Positions 42,596-53,939 of a stretch of DNA of 64,000 bases are shown one piece after another. Below the pieces are notes generated by a model, which was not told where the DNA came from, did not search any database, and saw nothing but the letters and a program-made list of their open reading frames with translations. Numbering within the stretch: position 1 is the stretch's first letter; each line of letters starts with the position of its first letter. The DNA is taken from positions 930,001 through 994,000 of the forward strand of contig AP039689.1 of NCBI GenBank assembly GCA_051599415.1. The letters are read 5' to 3'. Source of the stretch: Savitreella phatthalungensis (Eukaryota). A program made the translations under genes and the position numbers.

Positions 42596-43156
42596 TTACC
42601 CGGAATAAACTGTCATCTGGACTCCAGACCCTTCAATCACCTGTTCTGTCCGCTCCCAAGGGACATTGAAGATACCACTGTTGAACTTACAAGCAGCCAC
42701 GTCACGTTTGCCCATCGTAATGTCATCTGCTCCACTACTCCCCATTTGATCCTTCAGGTGAGCAAGTGCTTTCTGAGTGGCGTCCAGAATCTCATCTACC
42801 CCATCACATCCAGACGAGCCTCCACCGCCACTGGTGAACAGACAGCCTACGACCACGTCTGCATCTGCATTTCCGCCTGCTCCCTCATCCGATCTCGTGC
42901 TCTTTCCATTTGAGATGCCCTTTGAGATGACGTTACCTTGTGCATCAAGCGGGATCAGTAGAGTACTGCCGAGTAACTTGTTCTTTGGCGTCTCCTTGCA
43001 ATGGTCTCGGTAAATGGTGTAGGCATTGGGATAACGCTTCTTGAATGCAGCTGCAATGCCTCCGCCCCAGACACCTTGGCAATTGCATGCATGAAGAAGG
43101 ATAGATCCTCTCGGAGCAGAAAACAGATCACCCTTCACGTGTTTGACGACAGCCAT
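42596..43156 (-). CDS. POA1: ADP-ribose 1''-phosphate phosphatase (Poa1-like macrodomain)
   Basis: KGDLF, LLHACNCQGVWGGGIAAAFK, CLFTS and KFNSGIFNVPW. Start placed at MAVVKHVKGD; an upstream in-frame ATG exists at 43354. Confidence 0.88.
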   Translation of the reverse strand: MAVVKHVKGDLFSAPRGSILLHACNCQGVWGGGIAAAFKKRYPNAYTIYRDHCKETPKNKLLGSTLLIPLDAQGNVISKGISNGKSTRSDEGAGGNADADVVVGCLFTSGGGGSSGCDGVDEILDATQKALAHLKDQMGSSGADDITMGKRDVAACKFNSGIFNVPWERTEQVIEGSGVQMTVYSG

Positions 43157-44905
43157 ATTTGAGGATGGCTGACTCCGATAAACCAATCTACTGGATTCGT
43201 CTGCTGGATCAGATGCGCCTGAATCACAAGCTGTCAAGCTTACAGACTGGAAGAACGAGCGACTGAGTGAGTGGTAGAGACTGTGCTTGCTAGGATGCAG
43301 TGCATGTTGTGCATGGTGGAATAAGTGCTGTGCTGAGATTCCGACGGGATGCATGATTCACTTGATCTGGATTTGTGCAGATGTGATCTCTGACTTTGTA
43401 TTTCAATTTGTCTTGATGCATATTGACTTTTCCGGGTTAGAATTCGAGATAGCCTAAGTATGACGTGTGTGTGTGAGGATTTCATCCTCCGGCCATGGAT
43501 AGGGGAAACTTTTTTGTCCTGTCAAAACCGCTCGCCCCTACACGTGAATCCCTCAATGGTACTCACAAATTAGGTTGAGACTTTGGACTGTATCTGGCAA
43601 GTCACCCAAAATCATTAAAATCAACCTGGCGAGAAATAATAGTTCAACACGCTTGGCGAGAAGGCTTCTATCGAGATAATGATCGAGCATCCCGTTTTCC
43701 AGCAAAGGAGATTGTTGCTATATACAGCGGATCAAGCTATCAAGTTATAGCCGAGCGTTTGCAGCTGCGCGTAAGCAGACGAGACAAATAACTTGGTTCA
43801 CGAATTCTGCAGGTGTGTGAGCGGGTGTATGCGCTGTTGACCATCGATGCAATTGAGACGTAACCGTGACTAGGCTTTGAACCAAGGCTCGATCAATTCT
43901 TCCCACTTTTTCATTTCCAGTTTAATTCCACTTTCCTTTCTTCCAATGCGTCTTCTGCTAGGTAGGACATATACGTCCGGTTCGATGGATGACGAAAGCG
44001 ACTGATCAGAAATCATCAAAGGTTGTATCAGACAGAGGCTAGATATTCAAATACTCAGATATATTGTCTGGTTGGACAATGACTTGCAGGCTCTTCTAAC
44101 AATCTGCAGTACACGATGTATTTATTCAATTCTGTATAATGCCTCCATTCATCCGGCCTTTCAAATCATCAAACTCGTACGTACGAATGTCTAGATCTAG
44201 ACCGAGCGCGATTAGCAAAGGGAGGACATAATTATAAGGAATTAAAAATTTAGAGGTCAGAAAGCACGAGGGGCTAATTGATGAACCTAATTGTAGGTCA
44301 ATTCAAGTCAGTTCAGTTGGAATAGTTCAGATAGAGATCTCGATCTATTTATCTGCATCTATGAAGCTAGCAGGCGAGAGTCAACAATCAAGTGATAGGC
44401 TGAGGAGCGGGATTTCCAACACAGAAGCTCCGCAATCGCATCACCTATCACTGATCATTAACTATACTCACACCTTCACTACACCTTCACCACAACTACT
44501 CACCGTTCCACGACCTCTCACTGACTCTCTTCTACCTGTGATCTATCCTACTCCTGCCCTGACAGCACCTTCGGAAAGACTGTCGAACCTCTCTTCGTGT
44601 CTCTGATCAGCGAGTTGGTCAAAAGCGCGACGGGGTATACACATCACAGGTCTCTTGAGCCAGCCCAGTCCCTCCTCGCAATTAAGCAAAGCCGAGACGA
44701 AGCTCAGCGACGCACCAACGCAACGATAGCAGCATAGTGTCCCCGCTCTGTCCTGCTCATTGCAAGCCAATCTCAGCGAAGCTTCTTTTCGAGAGCTGAG
44801 GTCTACACAATATTGCCGAGCTCGTCGGCCGCAATCGAGCGCCGCCATCTCACATTTGACAACGACGTCATTTCCAGGGCCAGCTAGGTTCCTGTTACCG
44901 CCGAG

Positions 44906-47719
44906 ATGACCCAAGTCGTTACATCCCCATCTCCGCCCTCAGACAGCAGTATGAGCACACCGCCTATCAGCACCGGTGGCGAGCACAACGGACAGGACAT
45001 TTCCAGACACACCGTAGAGCCAGTTCAGGAAGAGCCAGAACCCGCAGAAGGAGAGCAAAGCCATTCCAGCACCACTTCATCCGCTTCCACATCTTCGTCT
45101 ACACTAGCCGGCCCGGGACCGCAACGGACAAGCTCAGTCTACAGACCTAGTCCACTGCGTAGGCAGGATTCAGCCTCCTCGCGTAGCAGCGCCGAAGGTA
45201 GTGCAGGCTCCAGCTCTTCTTCATCCCGAAAGCAAGAGTTCGATGCATCTAAGAGTGGATCTGTTCCTGCGGCTATGCGCAACAGCACGAGCTCCGACCG
45301 GAGTAGTGGGAGCGGGGGCGACGGTCGCCAGTTGGCTCGCACACCTTCCGCTTCAAAAGTGCCCGATGTACCGTCCTCGATCGCAGGTCCACGGCAAAAG
45401 CCTTCGCTGATGAAGCGTCTGTCAGGAATCAATCTCTTCCATCATCACCACCATAACAACTCCAAGGACTCCAACAAATCGAGTAAGCATGACCAGCATG
45501 CCGCCCTCCAGCAAACTCAGGTAGACCGGCATAATTACGAGCTCACTCATCCACGAACGGGCGAGAAGTCAGGTCCAAGCCAGAAACTACAGCAGACGAC
45601 AACGACGACAAACAAGCCAAGCTTCAGTATTGGCAGCACGGAATCGCGCGATAACACACCGATTGGTTCACCCAACCATTCCGGTATGCCCTCCAGACAG
45701 CCATCGAATGACAACATATCATCCAGTGGGTCCAATGCTGGCTCGGGCATTAGGCAGGCGCACGAGGAAGCAATGGCAGCTGGTGATGGCGACAATGTTG
45801 CACATAGCAGTCACCTGATCTCCAGCACTGCGACCTCAAACAAATCGTCGACTGGAGGACTCGCGCAGGCGCCGGCACCAGTCCCACCTACACCTGACGA
45901 GGACTTCAGACCAGGACGACTCCGCTCCAGCAGCACATTCAGTCTCTTCAAGAAGAAGGACCACAACCCAACGGAGCCTATGACGATCAAGCGACCGGCT
46001 TCATTCGCGCACGAATACGGCTCAGGTCCAATTCCAGGAGGATCGGTAGCATCGAGCACGGGAGGCTTCGGTGAAACACCGATGTCCGAGCTATCGCGGA
46101 CCCTCAGTCGCAATTCGCTTATCAAGGGTGATGGCTGGGGACACATCACCGGTCAATTGCCCAAGTTCGACAGCATCTACCAGTACGTCGAGGCTGACTC
46201 CAAGTTCCTCAAAATGAACAAGAAGTTGAAGGGTCAGATCGGTGAGGGCGCTGGTGGTGTAGTACGGACTGCCAGGTTGCGCGGCGAGAGACATCCTGTG
46301 TACAGTTCGGCAAGCACGGGTGGCGACCTCGGTCTTTTCGCCGTTAAAACTTTTGCAAAACGGCGTGACAACGAGAACGAGGGGTTCTACTGCGCCAAGC
46401 TCGTTCGAGAGTTCCGCGTTCACAGCGCGCTTACACATGACAACATCGTACGCCTTGCTGACATTTGCGTGGAGGACCGCAAATTCGGTGACAACTCGTT
46501 TGTGGCAGTGATGGATTTCTGTATCGCAGGTGATCTCTTCGACATTCACTGGCACCCATACAATGCCATCGATCAAGGCGTAATGGGAAAGACAGAGAAA
46601 TACTGCTGCTACAAGCAGCTCATGTTTGCAGTCAACTACATGCACAGTCAAGGCATCGCTCATCGCGACATCAAGCTTGAGAACATTCTTGTCAATGGAC
46701 ACGGTCAGATCAAGCTTGCAGACTTTGGCACCTCTGTGTTCACCCAGGGTCCAGATAGGGAAGACTGCAGGGGTATTGTGGGCACAGATCACTCAATTCC
46801 TCCAGAGGCGTATCTTTCGGGCTCAAAACGCGGGCCGGCGTACGATGGCCTGAAGGCAGACATTTGGGCATGCGCATGTGTCTTCCACTTCCTGACCTTT
46901 GACAACGACAGTCCCATGGCTGCATTACATGCCTATCCATTCGGCGAGGCTGGTGCAGCGCCTGAGAACAAGCTCTGGCAGAAGTTCATGAACAACCTCA
47001 AGAGGTTCGAACCTGAAAAATATATCCCTGGAGCCGGTGGTAATGACCACTCGCGCAAGGTCTCCTCTGCAGCTTCGTCCGTCTCTGGCTCTGGCAACGG
47101 CTTCCATGCGTCTCCCCCACAAAGTCCTGTGATCAAGTCACCTCAGCGTCAAGGATCGATCGCTTCGCACATGTCACTGCATCACGCCTCTGCAGGCAAT
47201 TCGCTCGAAGCTGGTCTCCTTGGCGACGACTGGCAGGACGACGATTCCACTCGCTCGCCCACAGTTGCGTCCTCCAACATTGACGACAACTTTGATCCGA
47301 TGCGCAAGCGCAATCCCTTCTGTCGCTTGCCAGCGTCCTCGTTCACGTCAATGAAGGGCATGCTGGATCCGAATCCGGAAACGCGATGGACGGCAAGACA
47401 GGTCCTCGATGATCACTTCTTCGGCCTAATCGATTGCTGCCAGGCAGATTCCAATCCAGATGGCTTCAAGCCTCCGCCAATGAAGCCGAAGCGCGCCAAT
47501 ACCATCTCGTCCCACAATGGAGGCACCACTGACAAGCAATCAGTTGCCCAGCAAGTACACGGTGGCGCTGCACAGGGACTTCACAAAGTCCACAACCACG
47601 TTCGACCTGTCCACCGAAAGCTCATGGAGTCGAACGCGGTCGAGCAAGCGCGGAATGACGAGACGGTGAAAGAGATGCGTCGTAATCATCAAGCTGAAGA
47701 CGCTGCTTGTCATTGCTGA
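44906..47719 (+). CDS. Ser/Thr kinase, HAL/NPR (Hrk1/Ptk2/Oca2-like) family
   Basis: GEGAGGVV, FAVKTF, YCAKLVREF, HRDIKLENIL and KLADFGTS; long Ser-rich N-terminus. Confidence 0.88.
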   Translation: MTQVVTSPSPPSDSSMSTPPISTGGEHNGQDISRHTVEPVQEEPEPAEGEQSHSSTTSSASTSSSTLAGPGPQRTSSVYRPSPLRRQDSASSRSSAEGSAGSSSSSSRKQEFDASKSGSVPAAMRNSTSSDRSSGSGGDGRQLARTPSASKVPDVPSSIAGPRQKPSLMKRLSGINLFHHHHHNNSKDSNKSSKHDQHAALQQTQVDRHNYELTHPRTGEKSGPSQKLQQTTTTTNKPSFSIGSTESRDNTPIGSPNHSGMPSRQPSNDNISSSGSNAGSGIRQAHEEAMAAGDGDNVAHSSHLISSTATSNKSSTGGLAQAPAPVPPTPDEDFRPGRLRSSSTFSLFKKKDHNPTEPMTIKRPASFAHEYGSGPIPGGSVASSTGGFGETPMSELSRTLSRNSLIKGDGWGHITGQLPKFDSIYQYVEADSKFLKMNKKLKGQIGEGAGGVVRTARLRGERHPVYSSASTGGDLGLFAVKTFAKRRDNENEGFYCAKLVREFRVHSALTHDNIVRLADICVEDRKFGDNSFVAVMDFCIAGDLFDIHWHPYNAIDQGVMGKTEKYCCYKQLMFAVNYMHSQGIAHRDIKLENILVNGHGQIKLADFGTSVFTQGPDREDCRGIVGTDHSIPPEAYLSGSKRGPAYDGLKADIWACACVFHFLTFDNDSPMAALHAYPFGEAGAAPENKLWQKFMNNLKRFEPEKYIPGAGGNDHSRKVSSAASSVSGSGNGFHASPPQSPVIKSPQRQGSIASHMSLHHASAGNSLEAGLLGDDWQDDDSTRSPTVASSNIDDNFDPMRKRNPFCRLPASSFTSMKGMLDPNPETRWTARQVLDDHFFGLIDCCQADSNPDGFKPPPMKPKRANTISSHNGGTTDKQSVAQQVHGGAAQGLHKVHNHVRPVHRKLMESNAVEQARNDETVKEMRRNHQAEDAACHC

Positions 47720-47884
47720 CCTGACACAGTCCTGTCTGTTGCAGGTCAATGTCTATGTCCATTAAATTTACCACTATCTAACCTTAAGCTATGCCGTCTG
47801 CGCATCTGATGAATGATATCTATCACTGTATGTATGACTCTGATCCAGTCCGACCCTTTGCGTGTGTGCAACTTCTGTCCTGAC

Positions 47885-48850
47885 TCACTCGTCGTCGCTC
47901 ACGACGACGGCGGCGATCTGGGTGGACGTCAGCCCGCGCACGAGGACATGGAAATGATCAACCTCAGCGATACTCTTCAAGCCAGGTGGATTCGCAAACA
48001 CGCAGCACCTCCTCTCCCTATCTCCCGCTACCCCATCCACTGACCCCAACACGTACTTGTGAGCAAACCACTCCAGCCAATCCTGCCCATCCACCCTATC
48101 ACCACCCGCATCATCCGGCACATCGGCGTGGGGCGCCCCGCGGACCCAGACGACTAGGTGGGTGATGTGGTCGCGGTGATCGAAGGTGTATGGGAAGTCG
48201 TTTGGGAGGATAGCGTACTCGTGTGTGGTCGTTGTAGGCGTAGCCTCTCGATCGAGCGCGTTCCTAGGCATCTTCACAAACCCACGACCCTGACCACCTA
48301 CCCCAATGGGCCCATGCCACCTCAGCCGCCGCACGATCACAAACGCCGCCACCGCAGGCAGCCCCTTTACCCACTCGGGGATGGGCGTTCGGGGCGTGGT
48401 GGTGGGGATCGGAGGGAGGGATGAGCGCCATGCGCGGTAGGCGAGTAGGGCTGCTGGTGATCTGACTAGTAGGTCTAGCCGCTGTTGTGGGTGTTGGGCT
48501 GCGCGGACCAGGTGTGCTTCCCAGGGCTGTGGGTGGGTAGGGGTGATTGGAGGGGGGATGCCGTAGACGAAGAACACGCAGTCGTTCCAGGACAGGCCGA
48601 CGAAGGATGTCAGGGGCTTGGTGAATGGGTGTGTGCATCGCGCCAGACACCGGCGTAGGGCGTCATCGTTCGAGGACGAGATGATCGATTCTGGAGTGGC
48701 CGGTGGTGGGGGAAAGTGTTGTGACGGGAATGTCGGTGGATATGAATGCCAGTCTGCCAAGGATCTCTCGTCGTCACCCATACTCGCGATCTCACATGTG
48801 TCCCTGGGGCACGAAGGCGTCTTGGCGAGAGAGCGTTTGATTTTGTGCAT
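47885..48850 (-). CDS. DUF3605 / Gig1-Htc1-like HIT-related protein
   Basis: ILPNDFPY, HLVVW and FANPPGLKSIAEVDHFHVLVR. Alternative start at 48781. Confidence 0.8.
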   Translation of the reverse strand: MHKIKRSLAKTPSCPRDTCEIASMGDDERSLADWHSYPPTFPSQHFPPPPATPESIISSSNDDALRRCLARCTHPFTKPLTSFVGLSWNDCVFFVYGIPPPITPTHPQPWEAHLVRAAQHPQQRLDLLVRSPAALLAYRAWRSSLPPIPTTTPRTPIPEWVKGLPAVAAFVIVRRLRWHGPIGVGGQGRGFVKMPRNALDREATPTTTTHEYAILPNDFPYTFDHRDHITHLVVWVRGAPHADVPDDAGGDRVDGQDWLEWFAHKYVLGSVDGVAGDRERRCCVFANPPGLKSIAEVDHFHVLVRGLTSTQIAAVVVSDDE

Positions 48851-49160
48851 CTTCTGGAAATCCTCATCGAATCAAATGCCCAAGGACTTCACGGCCGTAA
48901 CCAGAGACGTAGGTGCACGAAAGCTGTCAGGCAGGCGAGAAAAGTGGTCGACAAGGCCATTCAAGGACAGCAGTCGCTGTAGATCGCTAATGTCATGCAT
49001 GTTCTATCATACGGCTAGTGCATGGAATGAGTGCTGAAGAGACGAAGCGGAGACGTGAAAACACCCCGACTTCGCCACTTTGAAAAGTATTGGGAAGCAA
49101 AAGAACTTTTAGGTTGAGGTGTAGTGGGACGGCATAATAGAAGAACGACGAAAAGGTCAT

Positions 49161-52100
49161 TTACTCGTCCTTGGTCGTCTCGTCTGCCGCGTCTGCTGCA
49201 GCAGCGGATTCTTCCGCTATCGGGTTCTCTGCTGCCGAGGCCTTGGCTGCAGCTTCTTTCTCGGCAGCTGCACGCTCAAGACGCTCGAGACCAGAGAGGC
49301 CGCCTGTCGGCTTTGACAGGGTGGATGGTCTGGCTGATCCCTTGGGCAGGAGACCGAGTTTTGGTCTGCCTGTTGTGTCCGGTTCAGGAATCGGCTCGCC
49401 ATCGTCTTCAGGCTCGCGGAGCTCTTCCTGCTGCTTCTTTTGAGCTGCAGCTGCAGCTGCGCCAGACGCGAGCGAGCCCTTAGGCAGGAGACCGAGCTTC
49501 GGCCGACCTGTGGTATCTGGCTCAGGGATGGGCTCGCCGTCGTCATCAGGCTCGCGGAGCTCATTGGTGTTGGACGAGGATGAAACTGGCTGGGCAGGCG
49601 CATCCTCCTCCTCAGTCGGGTGCTCAGACTGGCCCTCGAGCACGGCAAACGCATTGCCGCCCGGCTGACCGTGCGATGCCTCGCGGGACAGGCCGCCAGA
49701 GTTTGCACCCGAACCGGCGCCGCCGGAAGTTGGCCCATGCGATGCGTTCTGAGAGCGGGTGTTGTTGGAGTTTGTGCGGCCACCGAGGTTCGACACAGGT
49801 CCAAAGGCCTGCTTTGACTGCGTGCGCATTCCGATTCGCGAAAGGTCACCTGCTCGCGTAGTGTCGCGCGAAGCGACGGATTGCCATCCGTCAGGTCCTG
49901 GCTGGCTAGCACCACGATGCGAGTCCTGCCGGCGCGAACCGCTGCCGGCAGCGCCGCGAACGTCTCCGTGGCCGAAGTCGAAGCGACCGCCGCCACCGTG
50001 TCCACCGCGAGTTGAAGCTTGGCGACGCTGTTCGGCTGCAGCCTGCTTGGCTGCGTCTTCGTGAATCTCTGCAATCGTCTTCGGACCCTTGTTGGTTTCC
50101 TTGGTGACCCACTTGTTCTGTCTGGCATCTAGAACGTCCATGATCATGAACTTGTGACGGCTCGAGAGCGTCTTTGCCTGTGTCATTTGGTTGAGGCGCT
50201 CGAAGTAGACGTCCATGCGCGAGGAACCGCGCTCGTTGGAGTCCAAGACTGCACCGACTGTGGTGAGCAGCTTCGAGAGCGACTCGACTTCTTCCTCTTC
50301 GGGCGTGTCGACATCTGCAAGGAGCTTGCGGATGCACTCGTGCATGATGCGCTCGTTCAGCATGTTGAGCTTGAAAAGCTCTCCGACAAACCTGACGAGA
50401 CCGAGACCGCGGCGCTTTGCTGCTGCGGCAATGTAGTACTCGTCCGAGAGCATCGCTGCCTCTTCCGAAACGGGCTCGCCATTCTCCTCGCCCTCTGGCT
50501 TGGGCGGCAACTGTGACTTCCAGCCGCGCTCGAAGTCCTCCTGACAACGGGAGAGGAGGTACTTGCGGAACAGGATACCACCCGAGACTGGCTGGCCAGT
50601 CTTGTCGACAACCTCGGTGTCCGTGATCGACTGGTCGATGCACTCCATCATCTTGCGACAGAACATAGCGTAGACCTGTGAGAAATGTGCCTCGTCGGTG
50701 GCCTTCTCGAAGGTGAGGGCGATCACTTGACGTAGCGTGCGACCGTCTGTTTCCTTGGCAGACTGGTTGGCAATGATGAGAATCTGGTCTGAGATACGAT
50801 CGAAGTTGTCGAGCGTCATCTTGTTCAGGAGACCCTTAACCTTTCGTTGCACATCCTCTGGTGCGAGCAGATCTGGGTCCGCGCCGACCACGGGCTCGTT
50901 GGCAGCATCCTTTCGTGCGGTCCAACGAGTTGCAGACATCTCGAGCGGCTTGACGTCCTCGGGAGCGATAGTCGGTGCTCCGACCTGGTTGCCGCCCTTG
51001 TTCGACATGTTGCGACCGCCCTTGCCGCGCTTCGATTCTGCGCGCGGGCTATGAGGCGTGGAATCATTGCGACCGACACTCGGACGGAAGTTCTTGCCGA
51101 TCTCGAATGTTGGTCCACCCAGGGCGACCTTTGGATCGATGCCCTGATTCCGCATGGCTTCAGCCTGGCGGAAGCGTTCCTCTGAGGACTTGAGAGGTCT
51201 AGTGTTGAACCCAAGGTTTGTGGCAGAGCCAAATGGATTGGCTGGACCTCTCGTCGAGGCAGAGCCACGGCTACCTGCGCCAGCCTTGCCCTTGCCATCG
51301 CTGTCACCGAGCGCATCCTTGATACGCTCGTCCCAATCAATGGTAGGCTTGCCGCCGAAGGCCTTTTCGAATTGCATCAGGAAGTCACGGTCGTAGCGCA
51401 CACGGCCGGCCTGAACTGCCTTGTCAGCAACGGTCGTTGGTGCCTTCGTGCCCTCGGGATACTCGATCTTGGAGAGATCGGCAATAGGGCGCGAATTCTG
51501 GAGTGCCAGAGTGGCTGGGCTCGGTGATGAGCTCTTCTCGGAATCAGTAGCCCGTCGCTTCGGTGCGGGCGGCTTGCCGTCGCTATCAGCTTCTGCTGCT
51601 GCTTCGGCGGCGTTCGCAGTCTGAGAGGTTTCGGCCTTGAGACCCTGCTCAGCAGTCGTCTCCTCAGCGGTCTTGTCCGGCTGTGTTTCGAGTGGCGACA
51701 GAGACTTGTCCTCAGAAACTGCCGGCTTCTCCGCCGCAGCCTTCTCAGCGGCAGCTTTCTCTTCGGCAGCCTTTTTCTCGGCAGCTTCCTGATCGGCTGC
51801 CTCCTTTGCGACGCGTTCGGCCTCGTCCCTCTTGGCTTGCTCGGCCTCACGGGCTTCACGCTCCTCGCGCTCGACCTTCTCCTTGGCCTCGCGCTCCGCG
51901 GCAGCCTTGCGGTCCTCCTCGGCTTTGTTGGCGGCGATCCGGTCAAGCACTGCCTGGCGTGCGGCTTCCTGCTTAGCCTTGCGCTGTTCTGCCGTTTCTG
52001 GCTGAGGTGTCGATGGAGCACCGGGAGCGGATGCACTGTCAGATACTAGTGCCGGTGAAGCCGTGGACTTGACTGGAGATGCAGCAGCAGCCCTGTCGAT

Positions 52101-53372
52101 GACTGCCGGTGCTGGGCTCGCGGACGTAGGTGGTGCTGAGGCGCCACCAGTTGTCGAAGCAGTAGCAGTGGCCGAAGACGCGGCTGCGGCCGGCTTTGCG
52201 ATAACTACCTCCTGCAGGGTATCGGGTCTCACGATCTTGATTGCTGCGCTGCCCTTCTTGCGTGGTGTTGGCGTAAAGGCCGGAGCTGATGCTGCAGGGC
52301 TCGAAGGCGCGTGGCTAGGACGGTCGGTGCCTGTGGAAGCGGAGCCCGATCTCGACATCGACTGAGCGGCTGCGAAGTTTGGGTTCTGGTACATGTTTCC
52401 GGATTGTCCATACTGGCCAGGGCCTGTTGCCGCACCGCGGCCGCCTTGAGCGTTGTTGAAATATACACCCTGCGGGAATGAGCCGGGATACTGCATCTGT
52501 GGCGGATAGGCCCCAAAGTTGCCGTACATCTGTGGCGGCATGTTCATATAGCCATAAGCGGCCGGTGATCCCATGGGAGATCCCATGTTGACCATCTGAG
52601 CGTGATGTTGTTGTGGCGTTCCAGCGGGACTTGGCCTGCCACCAGGAGTCATACGCTGACCGACCTGATTGCGAGGCTGGTTGTACTGGTTCATGCCACC
52701 GCGACCGCTGCCTCCTGCACCGTTGCCATTGCGCATACCCTGAGGTGCGTTCGGGTTAAAACCGCCTGCTCCACCCTGGAAGCCAGGGTACCCTTGACCC
52801 TGATTGGCATTGAACTGAACGCTTGGCGATCCCAACGGCACGTTCTGTGAAGCAGTCGAGTTGCTGCGCGAGTGTGCCTGTGGACGACTCTGTTGCTGCT
52901 GCTGCTGTTGCTGTTGCTCGGAAAGAGCGTTTCCCGGGGTGATGCTACCAAATTGCGGCATATCCTTACCCTTGAGGGTCGGTGGAGCTGCACCCCCGCT
53001 CGCCTGAGGTGTGGAAGGTGCACCAAAAGACGGATTCTGCTGTGGCTGTGATGGTCGTGCCTGGGACTGCGAAGAAGACTGCTGCTGGCGTGCGCCTCCC
53101 TGCTGGTGAGCTTGCTGGTTCTGATTTTGAGTCGCAATGGGTTTTTGCGGCGTCTGAGCGTTTGCAAAATTGCCGAACTGGACGGCGGAGGCTGGAGCAG
53201 GCGCGTCGGCACGCGCCGGCATTTGTACGCCGCCTTGCCATGATGACGTCGAAGGTGTCGCGCTGCCAGATCGCGCAGGTGCTACATTTTCCTTCTGTGA
53301 GTGTGCACCATTTGTCGGCTGCTGCTGTGCAGCTCTGGCGTAGTCGACCGTGGGTTTGGTCGATTCTGCCAT
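49161..53372 (-). CDS. TIF4631: Translation initiation factor eIF4G
   Basis: eIF4E-binding YDRDFLM and MIF4G domain (KVKGLLNKMT, FEKATDE, RRGLGLVRFVGELFK, GPKTIAEIH); no MA3 domain. ATG at 53372. Confidence 0.95.
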   Translation of the reverse strand: MAESTKPTVDYARAAQQQPTNGAHSQKENVAPARSGSATPSTSSWQGGVQMPARADAPAPASAVQFGNFANAQTPQKPIATQNQNQQAHQQGGARQQQSSSQSQARPSQPQQNPSFGAPSTPQASGGAAPPTLKGKDMPQFGSITPGNALSEQQQQQQQQQSRPQAHSRSNSTASQNVPLGSPSVQFNANQGQGYPGFQGGAGGFNPNAPQGMRNGNGAGGSGRGGMNQYNQPRNQVGQRMTPGGRPSPAGTPQQHHAQMVNMGSPMGSPAAYGYMNMPPQMYGNFGAYPPQMQYPGSFPQGVYFNNAQGGRGAATGPGQYGQSGNMYQNPNFAAAQSMSRSGSASTGTDRPSHAPSSPAASAPAFTPTPRKKGSAAIKIVRPDTLQEVVIAKPAAAASSATATASTTGGASAPPTSASPAPAVIDRAAAASPVKSTASPALVSDSASAPGAPSTPQPETAEQRKAKQEAARQAVLDRIAANKAEEDRKAAAEREAKEKVEREEREAREAEQAKRDEAERVAKEAADQEAAEKKAAEEKAAAEKAAAEKPAVSEDKSLSPLETQPDKTAEETTAEQGLKAETSQTANAAEAAAEADSDGKPPAPKRRATDSEKSSSPSPATLALQNSRPIADLSKIEYPEGTKAPTTVADKAVQAGRVRYDRDFLMQFEKAFGGKPTIDWDERIKDALGDSDGKGKAGAGSRGSASTRGPANPFGSATNLGFNTRPLKSSEERFRQAEAMRNQGIDPKVALGGPTFEIGKNFRPSVGRNDSTPHSPRAESKRGKGGRNMSNKGGNQVGAPTIAPEDVKPLEMSATRWTARKDAANEPVVGADPDLLAPEDVQRKVKGLLNKMTLDNFDRISDQILIIANQSAKETDGRTLRQVIALTFEKATDEAHFSQVYAMFCRKMMECIDQSITDTEVVDKTGQPVSGGILFRKYLLSRCQEDFERGWKSQLPPKPEGEENGEPVSEEAAMLSDEYYIAAAAKRRGLGLVRFVGELFKLNMLNERIMHECIRKLLADVDTPEEEEVESLSKLLTTVGAVLDSNERGSSRMDVYFERLNQMTQAKTLSSRHKFMIMDVLDARQNKWVTKETNKGPKTIAEIHEDAAKQAAAEQRRQASTRGGHGGGGRFDFGHGDVRGAAGSGSRRQDSHRGASQPGPDGWQSVASRDTTRAGDLSRIGMRTQSKQAFGPVSNLGGRTNSNNTRSQNASHGPTSGGAGSGANSGGLSREASHGQPGGNAFAVLEGQSEHPTEEEDAPAQPVSSSSNTNELREPDDDGEPIPEPDTTGRPKLGLLPKGSLASGAAAAAAQKKQQEELREPEDDGEPIPEPDTTGRPKLGLLPKGSARPSTLSKPTGGLSGLERLERAAAEKEAAAKASAAENPIAEESAAAADAADETTKDE
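49335..49562 (-). repeat. Two 90-bp coding repeats in the eIF4G C-terminus (49473-49562 and 49335-49424)
   Basis: Both encode ELREP[D/E]DDGEPIPEPDTTGRPKLGLLPKGS. Confidence 0.95.
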
Positions 53373-53939
53373 CGTTTGGAATAGAGTCAACGGACGATGG
53401 TCGAAGCTAATCGGACCGTCCTTGAATGATGTAGAGATGTGTCAACGAGACTGAGGGTCACGATGATATGCCCTTTTCTACTCCTCGTTCTTTTTTCCAG
53501 AAAAAAAAATTCTTCCTCTATGCTCGCCCGTATGCACTCTCTTCAAAGGCCGGGAAGGGGTACGAGTGACGATTTTATGGAGGAGAGATCGGAAGATCCT
53601 GATGGTCCGGTGGATTTGTGAGCTGTTGGATGGCTCCTCCACAAGCAATCTCTGTATCCGAGTTGATCCGCGCTCTGCCCTGACTCCCTGGTAAGACGTC
53701 GGCTATTGCTGGGTCGAACGGGAAGGGAGGAAAGAGTGAAGGGAAGTTGTCCTTCTAGCTTGTAAGATCTGGGTCTAGTTTAGAGACGACCTGGAATCTG
53801 ACCTGATTGTCTGATCAGGTAGGTGCTGAAGTATTGGGATGGAGCGAGTGAGGGTGCTGCGCGGTGGAGGAACAGGGAGGAACTGCGTGTGCTGGTGGAT
53901 CAGTCTCGGCGGATGGCAGACAGGGAGATAGTGATGGAT

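Noticed and set aside
29916..48850. Possible NAD/nucleotide gene cluster (NRK1, URA7, POA1, HIT-like DUF3605)
   Set aside because: The genes are interspersed with unrelated housekeeping genes, and I saw no shared motif.
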